Made by a program: the position numbers and the translations under genes. Below are positions 25,493 to 34,565 of a DNA stretch of 64,000 nucleotides, piece by piece. The stretch is from Squalus acanthias. Its lineage: Eukaryota. Position 1 is the first letter of the stretch. Every line of letters starts with the position of its first letter. The stretch lies in the NCBI GenBank assembly GCA_030390025.1, contig CM059438.1, positions 69,876,001 to 69,940,000 of the forward strand, read 5' to 3'. The notes under the pieces were generated by a model, which saw nothing but the letters and a program-made list of their open reading frames with translations, ran no database searches and was not told the DNA's origin.

Positions 25493-27466
25493 GTTTGAGT
25501 TCGGATCGGTCAAGGCCCTGTGGGTGGCGGAGCGGGCCCAGGGGCCGAGTGGCCTGGTCCTTCTCCTGCTTCTTGTGTTCTTTAGAGTTGAGGTTGGATC
25601 AGATCAGCCATGATCTCATTGAATGGCGGAGCAGACTCGAGGGGCCGATTGTTCTACTCCTGCTCCTATTTCTTATGTTCTTATGTTCTTATGAAGGTCT
25701 GTGATAGGGTGGAAGGCAGGAGTGATTAAATGACAAAAGTTATGATAGTACAAAGAAAAGGAGATGGTAATGGGACAAGTAAAGAAAGAAAAGACGGGTC
25801 TAGAAGAGGTGCAAATGGAAATGGATGAATCATCAACAGCTGCCATGTGAAAAAATAGGGCCAGAGGTTATGGTCTGAAATTGTTGAACTCGATGTTGAG
25901 TCCAGAAGGCTGTAAAGTGCCTAATCGAAAGATGAGGTGCTGTTCCTCGAGCTTACGTTGAGCTTCGTTGAAACAGTGTAAGAGGCCACGGACATAGAGG
26001 TTACAGTTGGAGTGGAATGGAGAATTAAAGTGACAGGCTGAATGGTACATTACTGTCCTGTCACCTGAAGTTGACTTTGAAGTCAGCCATGACTGAGCGG
26101 ATAAAAGTTCTCTGGCGGACGCAAGGCCCCAAACAAAATGAGCCCAGACAGTCTCATATTTGATATCGATCCACAGCACAAAAGTACCCAGAATTTTGCA
26201 CTAAATGAGCAATATTATTCAAAAAGGGCAATAGGGAGATTGATTTGTGACTTACAAATATCATGTCGGGTGCTGTTTTGAAGTTGTGGGAAAGGCATGT
26301 TGTTAGAACAGAGCAGAAGGAGGTTTGCTTTACATCTAGCCTCTTGTATACCTGATCTGGAAGTACTTAATGCTGAGAGTGACTGTAATAAGTAGGACTA
26401 AATTCCCTTACTTTGTGCACGAAAAAAACAGGTGTTGAAAGATCATTAAGACAATTCATTGGTTGGAGCTTCTGTGGCTCGTGAAACAACGTTTGTTTTG
26501 TGCATTCTTTTCCCATTATTGAGAATATAATTGAAGGGATATTTGCTTTTATTGCACTCCGTGGCATATTGGCAAAAGGTAAAATGTTGCTGCATTCACA
26601 GCTACTCCATCACAATGGATTACTGATATCTCCTGGTGGTTTGTAATGTTCTTCTCTGCCTTTCTGACTAAAAAGACATGAAGAAACACGTGCAATATTT
26701 TGTTTTTATCATGCTGAAATTTGCAATCATCTGCCAATATGTCAGACTATCCTTTTTCATTCATACATGTAACTTCACTTCTTTGGCTCAACCCCAATTT
26801 CCACATTTGGATGGGCTTTAATTGCTTTTCACTATTTCTGGCTGAGGGATACATCAAAAATTAATACCAGCTACAAGCTGAATGTCAATGTGGTTCAGGC
26901 AACACAATCACCAAGTTCCCTACTTCCAATTGTTCTGTCACATCAGTTGTTAATAGCCAAGAAAATTTCAAAACCTGTCAAACTGTGAAGTTTTACATCA
27001 TCTGTATCTCAGTTTGCTCAAGTACTGTCTCCATACAAAAAAAAAACCCTGGGACTAAGCCCTGATTTGTTGAGGAGTGGAAGATTATTTAGAAATTGGG
27101 TCCTTAATCTGTTGGCTCTTGTGCTGGGTGACGAAGGCAAATTTAAATCATACCTAGAACATACTGCATTCCCTTGTGCTTATGTGAATAGTGTCCCCAT
27201 ATATTCATGAACTTTTAGAAACAGGGCATTAAATTGGGTAGCTTTCATGGATTCTGGACTCAATCAACTTTCCAGTCTTAACAGTGGCTGATGTTGACTT
27301 AATTGCTAAAAAAGAAAGTACTTACATTTATTGTCAGAAAAAGAAAAATCTCAAATACATTGCCTTCTAGATCTGCCACTGGCGGTCCAACTTGTTTGCA
27401 GCATCACAGTAAGTCTTTCTGTAATAGTGTAAGGGCAAGTCACGAATTCAGAGACAGTGTGAACCA

Positions 27467-27830
27467 GCAACAACAACTTGCATTTTTATAGCGACATTTT
27501 TATAGCAACTTTAAGGTAGGAAAACATCCCACAGGAACATAATCAGGCAAAGAATTTACCCTGAGCCAAAGAAGGAGAAATTAGATAGGGTGACTACAAG
27601 CTTGGTCAAAAGGAAGATTTTAAGGAGGGGATTAAAGGAGGAGAAAGAGAGGTTTAGGGAAGAAATTCCAGAGCAGCCAACTGTGGGTCGAGGGGAATGG
27701 GGGATGCATGAGATGGCAGAGTTGGAGCAATGCAGAGTTCTCTGAGGGTTGTGGGGCTGGAGAAGGTTAGAGAGATAGCGATGGGGTGAGGACATGAAGG
27801 GCCTTTAAACCGAGGATGAGAATTAGATTA
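27467..27830 (-). mobile_element. L2 LINE 3' fragment, degraded
   Basis: caacaacaacttgcatt tail; reverse complement resembles the L2 3' region at 29500-29890 (YLSNLLQPHNP..TLH). Confidence 0.65.
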
Positions 27831-29104
27831 TTATGGAAGACTGTAAAGCAGTCATATATTCCCTGCAGCTAAAACTGTCACAGTTTCATTGAAGGAAGGA
27901 TCCCTCACTCTACGGCTAGGAGAGGGCAAAGTGCAAGAACCTCAAGGCTAAATTGGCATAGCAATATTTCAGGGTGATGGTGCCACACAGTGGATGTTGA
28001 AAGGCATACCAATTGAACGCTGGCTCAGTTTATTGGCTTACTCTGTTGAATGTTTAAACTATAACTGGTGGAGAAGATTAAAATGATCCTGAAGCATTCA
28101 AAAGTATTATAACAGTTTGCATAGAAATGCTAACAGATTTATTGTATTAATGTATTTTTCTGCAAATCCCATGTAAGCACATTGCTGCAACTTGGAGCAA
28201 CATGTAAACTAAAAAAAATCGTGTGTAAGACTGCAATGTAATATTTGTTTGCAAGTAGGGTATCGAACCAGCGATGCTATTACTTTTTATGATGTAATTG
28301 TTCCCTTGTGATTCTTGCATTTGTTTGAGGATCAAGACATTACAGGTGAGGAACGTCATTATGAAGCAGCCAAAAGCTGATACGTCAATGTAGATTTTGC
28401 TGATTGCTCTTAAAATGGCCACCATTGTTGAGTTTAAAATTCAACTTTGAATAAACGGCAGCCCTGTCAGTGACAGAAGTCCGCATATTTTACAATTAAA
28501 AAAAACTCTGCCGATTTCTTGCACGCGCGAGTGAATCGGCGGTGTTCTGCCGAGAGTTTGCGTGGAGGAGCACATGGATCCTGCACTATATTTGGTGGAA
28601 CACAGATAATTGGTATAACATTCATCTGACCTTCCATTTCAATTACTGAGCTGTGTACTTCAAGACTGGAGAGTTCATCATTTCCAGCACTGCAGGGTCT
28701 GTGCTATTTCTACAAGCTGCTGTTATTGGCGGATAAATAATTTCTATTAACATTACCAGCATTCTGCTGTGTTATGCTCACTGTGTATTACTTTCTGATG
28801 GGTCAAAACCAAAAGTTAATTGTAACTTGTAGCAACTACTTCACTTTAATATTTAAAATATCTACAGTCCATCCAAATTATATTATTTTTGGCTTCAAAG
28901 ACTAACTCATAGTAAGCTCCAATTGCACCAACAAAAAATATCAAAAATCCAAATATCCTCAAGGGCATAATTCCAGGACTTCCCCATAGAAATGAACCTT
29001 GGAGTAGAATTTGCACAGGGATTCTCCCAATCTCCTGCTATCGTGTCCGGGTTCCTGACAAAGTTACATCGGAAGATCAGGAGAACCCCAGTGGAAATTC
29101 TACC

Positions 29105-29893
29105 TCCTTGTCTCAAACTCCGTTCCCTAGCCACTGACTCCATTCCCCTCCCTGGCCACTGTCTGAAGCTGAACCAGACTGTTTGCAACCTCGGCGTCCT
29201 TGTTGACCCAGAGCTGAGCTTCTGACCCTATATCCTCTCCATCACCAAGACCGCTTACTTCCACCGCTGTAATATTGCTCGTCTCCGCCCCTGTCGCAGC
29301 TCATTGGCTGCTGAAATCCTTATCCATGCCTTTGTTACTTCCAAGCTCAACAATTCCAGTGCTCTCTTGGTCGGCCTCCCACCTTCCAGCCTCTGTAAAG
29401 TTCAGCTCATCCAAACTTCTGCTGCCCATATCCTAAATCGCACCGTCCCATTCACCCATCGACCCTGTGCTTGCTGATCTATATTGGCTCCTGGTCCAGC
29501 AACATCTTGAATTTAAAATTCTCATCCTTGTGTTCAAATCGCTCCAAGACGTTGCCCCTCCCTATCTCTGTAAACTCCTACAACCCTCCGAGATCTCTGT
29601 GCTCCTACAATTCTGGCCTTTTGCGCATCCTGATTTCCATCACTCCACCATTGGTGGCCATGCCTTCAGCTGCCTAGGTCCTCAATTCTGGAATTCCCTC
29701 TCTAAACCTCTCCTCTCTCCTCCTTTAAGACGCTTTTTAAAACCGACCTCTTTGACCAAGCTTTTGGTCACCTCTCCGAATATCTCTTTTTGTGGCTAGG
29801 TGTCAAACATTGTTTGATGACGTTCCTGTGAAGCGCCTTGGGATATTTTTAGTGCATTAAAGGCGCTATATAAATGCAAGCTGTTGTTGTTGC
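29105..29893 (+). mobile_element. L2 LINE 3' fragment
   Basis: VCNLGVLVDPELSF...LADLYWLLVQQHLEFKILILVFKSL...FWNSL; tail aggcgctatataaatgcaagctgttgttgttg is shared with the Deu-SINE tail. Confidence 0.85.
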
Positions 29894-31595
29894 AGGTGTA
29901 GTACTCAAATTCCCCTTCAAAATCTCCAGATCCACCACTGCAAAAAGTTCAATTATGAGCACTTCGGTTTTACCCTGCGGCATAAGTGATCAATATCGGG
30001 TGTTACTGCAGCTTCAGTCATGACAAGCTCAGGTCCCACATCTCTCTTGGCATAACTTGTTTTCACATCACAGGCAAGACCTCTAGTATGTTATTTCACC
30101 GGGGGGGGGGGGGGGGCGGAAAGTGTCTGAATTGTAAGATGTGATGTGACTACCATGTGATGAAACAGTATTTAATTTATTTTGTCACCATGAGGCAGTT
30201 CATGTTCATATATTCAGGGCTGTTTTGGAGTTGTTGGCTTTCAGTTGAACAGTCAGCTTTTTTGGGGTGCTGAGTCAGCTGCTCTGGAGTTTTTTTGTGT
30301 TGTTTTCTAATTGACTTATTTTTTTTTTTCTGGACTCCTGCAGCAACCATTTTCAAATTAGAAATGCAAATGGACAAGCAGGTCTAGAATTAACAATGGG
30401 CGGAAAGCAGCGTCTGAGAAATCCAAGTACAAAAATGCAAGAGGATGCAAACATGAGATGGGTACATAGAACATAGAACAGTACAGGCCCTTCGGCCCTC
30501 GATGTTGTGCCGAGCATTGTCCGAAACCAAGATCAAGCTATCCCACTCCCTATCATTCTGGTGTGCTCCATGTGCTTATCCAATAACCGCTTGAAAGTTC
30601 CTAAAGTGTCCGACTCCACTATCACAGCAGGCAGTCCATTCCACACCCCAGCCACTCTCTGAGTAAAGAATCTACCTCGGACATCCCTTCTATATCTCCC
30701 CCCATGCACCTTATAGTTATGCCCCCTTGTAACAGCTACATCCACCCGAGGAAATAGTCTCTGAACATCCACTCTATCTATCCCCCTCATCATCTTATAA
30801 ACCTCTATTAAGTCGCCTCTCATCCTCCTCCACTCTAAAGAGAAAAGCCCTAGCTCCCTCAATCTTTCCTCATAAGACCTCCCCCCCAGACCAGGCAGCA
30901 TCCTGGTAAATCTCCTTTGCACTCTTTCCAATGCTTCCACGTCCTTCCTATAGTGAGGTGACCAGAACTGCACACAATATTCCAAATGTGGTCTCACCAA
31001 GGTCCTGTACAGTTGCAGCATAACCTCACGGTTCTTAAACTCAAACCCCTTGTTAATAAACGCTAACACACTATAGGCCTTCTTTACTGCTCTATCCACT
31101 TGAGTGGCAACCTTCAGAGATCTGTGGATATGAACCCCCAGATCCCTCTGTTCCTCCACGTTCCTCAGAACCCTGCCGTTGACCCTGTAATCCTTATTCA
31201 AATTTGCCCTACCAAAATGAATCACCTCGCACTTATCAGGGTTAAATTCCATCTGCCATTTTTCGGCCCAGCTCTGCATCCTATCAATGTCTCTTTGCAG
31301 CTTACAACAGCCCTCCACCTCATTCACTACTCCACCAATCTTGGTGTCATCAGCAAATTTACTGATCCACCCTTCAGTCCCCTCCTCCAAGTCATTGATA
31401 AAAATCACAAACAGCAGAGGACCCAGCACCGACCCCTGTGGCACACCGCTGGTAACTGGTCTCCAGTCCGAAAATTTTCCATCCACCACCACCCTCTGCC
31501 TTCTATGAGATATGGAGATGCCGGTGTTGGACTGGGGTGGACAAAATTGAGAGGTCGCACAACACCAGGTTATAGTCCAACAGTTTTATTTGAAA

Positions 31596-31637
31596 TCACA
31601 AGCTTTCGGAGCTATCGATTGCTCCTTCCTCAGGTGA
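31596..31637 (-). ncRNA. Minimal type I hammerhead ribozyme in the PLE pLTR
   Basis: UCAC-CUGAGGA-A-GGAGC aaucgaua GCUCC-GAAA-GC-UU-GUGA: conserved core, stem I UCAC/GUGA, stem II GGAGC/GCUCC, palindromic AAGCUU at stem III. Confidence 0.8.
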
Positions 31638-31967
31638 AGTAAATTAGATACAGAATCGCCAAAGCATATATAGATAGAAAACAAAGCATGTGCACCTTAC
31701 AATTGCAGACCACTAAATTAAATCATCCTGACTATCTGCCGAGGTGTGATAAAGTTAATTAAGTCAGCCAGGAAGGTACCACATCAAAGACATAGCAAGA
31801 TACAACTGAGACAATGAGGTGTTGTCGCAGGGGTTCTAACGTGTCAAAAGCTGCCGTCTGTATGTAAAACGAAAAGCTTTAAAATTTTTACTTTTTTACT
31901 GGGAAAATTTTTACTTTTTTACTGGGAATCACATCTGTGAACAAGCCAACAACGACTCGAGTCCGGA

Positions 31968-33008
31968 TCACGTCATGTATCGTGACATAAACCCAAGATC
32001 TCGATTGAGACCGTCTTCACGAGTGCGGAACTTGGCTATCAGTTTCTGCTCGATGATTTTGCGTTGTCGTGTGTTTCTAAGGTTGCCTTGGAGAACGCTT
32101 ACCCGCAGATCCGAGGCTGAATGTCCTTGACTGCTGAAGTGTTCCCCGACTGGGAGGTAACAATCCTGCCTGGCGATTGTTGCGCGGTGCTCGTTCATAC
32201 GTTGTCTCAGTGTCTGCATGGTCTCGCCGATGTACCATGCCGCGGTGCATTCTTTCCTGCAATGTATGAGGTAGACAACGTTGGCCGAGTCACATGAGTA
32301 TGTACCATGTACCTGGTGGGTAGTGTCCTCACGTGTGATGGTGGTATCTGTGTTGATGATCTGGCATGTCTTGCAGAGTTTGCCATGGCAGGGTTGTGTG
32401 GTGTCGTGGTCGCTGTTATCCTGAAAGCTGGGTAATTTGCTGCGAACGATGGTACTTCTGAGGTTAGGCGGCTGTTTGAAGGCAAGTAGTGGAGGCGTGG
32501 GGATGGCCTTAGCGAGGTGTTTGTCGTCATCGATGACATGTTGAAGGCTGCGAAGAACATGGCGTAGTTTCTCCGCTCCGGGGAAGTACTGGACGACGTA
32601 GGGTACCCTGTTGGTTGTGTCCCGTGTTTGCCTTCTGAGGAGGTCTATGCGATTTTTCGCTGTGGCCCGTCGGAACTGTCGATCGATGAGTCGAGCGTCA
32701 TATCCCGTTCTTACGAGGGCGTTTTTCAGCGTCCGTAGGTGTCCATCGCGTTCCTCCTCGTCTGAGCAGATCCTGTGTATTCGCAGGGCTTGTCCATAGG
32801 GGATGGCTTCTTTAAAATGGTTAGGGTGGAAGCTGGAGAAGTGGAGCATCGTGAGGTTGTCCGTGGGCTTGCGGTAGAGTGAAGTGCTGAGGTGTCCGTC
32901 TTTGATGGAGATTCGTGTGTCCAGGAATGAGACCGATTCTGAGGAGTAGTCCATGGTGAGTTTGATGGTGGGATGGAACTTGTTTATGTTATCGTGTAGT
33001 CTTTTCAG
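31968..33008 (-). CDS. Second, inverted copy of the PLE RT thumb and GIY-YIG region (lacks YIDD)
   Basis: Identical to the plus-arm protein from LKRLHDNINK onward except HPNHF versus HPNHV. The extra N-terminal residues in the ORF track are antisense spacer read-through. Confidence 0.9.
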   Translation of the reverse strand: MKRLHDNINKFHPTIKLTMDYSSESVSFLDTRISIKDGHLSTSLYRKPTDNLTMLHFSSFHPNHFKEAIPYGQALRIHRICSDEEERDGHLRTLKNALVRTGYDARLIDRQFRRATAKNRIDLLRRQTRDTTNRVPYVVQYFPGAEKLRHVLRSLQHVIDDDKHLAKAIPTPPLLAFKQPPNLRSTIVRSKLPSFQDNSDHDTTQPCHGKLCKTCQIINTDTTITREDTTHQVHGTYSCDSANVVYLIHCRKECTAAWYIGETMQTLRQRMNEHRATIARQDCYLPVGEHFSSQGHSASDLRVSVLQGNLRNTRQRKIIEQKLIAKFRTREDGLNRDLGFMSRYMT

Positions 33009-33044
33009 ACATTTTCTTCCTTTGGACAATACGCCAACATCTTC

Positions 33045-34193
33045 ATGCACAAGTTCGAGCAAGACTTCTTCACTGCACAGGACCTCCAGCCAACGCTGTA
33101 CACCAGATACATCGACGACATTTTCTTCCTTTGGACCCATGGCGAAGGATCACTGAAAAGACTACACGATAACATAAACAAGTTCCATCCCACCATCAAA
33201 CTCACCATGGACTACTCCTCAGAATCGGTCTCATTCCTGGACACACGAATCTCCATCAAAGACGGACACCTCAGCACTTCACTCTACCGCAAGCCCACGG
33301 ACAACCTCACGATGCTCCACTTCTCCAGCTTCCACCCTAACCATGTTAAAGAAGCCATCCCCTATGGACAAGCCCTGCGAATACACAGGATCTGCTCAGA
33401 CGAGGAGGAACGCGATGGACACCTACGGACGCTGAAAAACGCCCTCGTAAGAACGGGATATGACGCTCGACTCATCGATCGACAGTTCCGACGGGCCACA
33501 GCGAAAAATCGCATAGACCTCCTCAGAAGGCAAACACGGGACACAACCAACAGGGTACCCTACGTCGTCCAGTACTTCCCCGGAGCGGAGAAACTACGCC
33601 ATGTTCTTCGCAGCCTTCAACATGTCATCGATGATGACAAACACCTCGCTAAGGCCATCCCCACGCCTCCACTACTTGCCTTCAAACAGCCGCCTAACCT
33701 CAGAAGTACCATCGTTCGCAGCAAATTACCCAGCTTTCAGGATAACAGCGACCACGACACCACACAACCCTGCCATGGCAAACTCTGCAAGACATGCCAG
33801 ATCATCAACACAGATACCACCATCACACGTGAGGACACTACCCACCAGGTACATGGTACATACTCATGTGACTCGGCCAACGTTGTCTACCTCATACATT
33901 GCAGGAAAGAATGCACCGCGGCATGGTACATCGGCGAGACCATGCAGACACTGAGACAACGTATGAACGAGCACCGCGCAACAATCGCCAGGCAGGATTG
34001 TTACCTCCCAGTCGGGGAACACTTCAGCAGTCAAGGACATTCAGCCTCGGATCTGCGGGTAAGCGTTCTCCAAGGCAACCTTAGAAACACACGACAACGC
34101 AAAATCATCGAGCAGAAACTGATAGCCAAGTTCCGCACTCGTGAAGACGGTCTCAATCGAGATCTTGGGTTTATGTCACGATACATGACGTGA
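33045..34193 (+). CDS. Penelope-like RT (C-terminal part), Cys linker and GIY-YIG endonuclease; 5'-truncated
   Basis: YTRYIDDIF, SFLD, LYRKPT, CHGKLCKTC (Neptune-type Zn linker), NVVYLIHC...WYIGET..LRQRMNEH, terminal GLN. Confidence 0.93.
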   Translation: MHKFEQDFFTAQDLQPTLYTRYIDDIFFLWTHGEGSLKRLHDNINKFHPTIKLTMDYSSESVSFLDTRISIKDGHLSTSLYRKPTDNLTMLHFSSFHPNHVKEAIPYGQALRIHRICSDEEERDGHLRTLKNALVRTGYDARLIDRQFRRATAKNRIDLLRRQTRDTTNRVPYVVQYFPGAEKLRHVLRSLQHVIDDDKHLAKAIPTPPLLAFKQPPNLRSTIVRSKLPSFQDNSDHDTTQPCHGKLCKTCQIINTDTTITREDTTHQVHGTYSCDSANVVYLIHCRKECTAAWYIGETMQTLRQRMNEHRATIARQDCYLPVGEHFSSQGHSASDLRVSVLQGNLRNTRQRKIIEQKLIAKFRTREDGLNRDLGFMSRYMT

Positions 34194-34523
34194 TCCGGAC
34201 TCGAGTCGTTGTTGGCTTGTTCACAGATGTGATTCCCAGTAAAAAAGTAAAAATTTTCCCAGTAAAAAAGTAAAAATTTTAAAGCTTTTCGTTTTACATA
34301 CAGACGGCAGCTTTTGACACGTTAGAACCCCTGCGACAACACCTCATTGTCTCAGTTGTATCTTGCTATGTCTTTGATGTGGTACCTTCCTGGCTGACTT
34401 AATTAACTTTATCACACCTCGGCAGATAGTCAGGATGATTTAATTTAGTGGTCTGCAATTGTAAGGTACACATGCTTTGTTTTCTATCTATATATGCTTT
34501 GGCGATTCTGTATCTAATTTACT

Positions 34524-34565
34524 TTACCTGAGGAAGGAGCAATCGATAGCTCCGAAAGCTTGTGA
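34524..34565 (+). ncRNA. Minimal type I hammerhead ribozyme in the PLE pLTR (sense to the host gene)
   Basis: ttac-CTGAGGA-a-ggagc aatcgata gctcc-GAAA-gctt-gtga; one C>T relative to the other arm gives a G-U wobble in stem I. Confidence 0.8.

Larger units (their letters stand above)
21683..25693 (+). mobile_element. Near full-length CR1 LINE (part of ORF1, ORF2 and tail)
   Basis: ORF1 with SGNH esterase motifs, ORF2 with APE endonuclease and RT, (TTCTTATG)n tail at 25670-25693. Inserted into the Penelope 3' UTR. Confidence 0.97.
19744..26038 (-). mobile_element. Penelope-like element 3' portion, split by two nested insertions
   Basis: ORF 25868-26179 ends CHFNSPFHS...GLLHCFNEAQRKLEEQHLIFRLGTLQPSGLNIEF (PLE GIY-YIG C-terminus). 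3' UTR pieces lie at 25694-25867, 21579-21683 and 19744-19810, including a hammerhead core CTGACGA..GAAA at 21582-21607 on the minus strand. Confidence 0.85.

Noticed and set aside
30101..30116. Poly-G run (also poly-C near 39213-39231 and 54424-54435)
   Set aside because: Simple homopolymers with no supporting context.
31968..33140. 390-aa ORF as an independent gene
   Set aside because: The N-terminus is the antisense of the palindrome spacer; the rest duplicates the plus arm and lacks the RT catalytic motif.
33045..34193. Selenocysteine-recoding (Naiad-type) PLE
   Set aside because: No in-frame TGA in the retained ORF.
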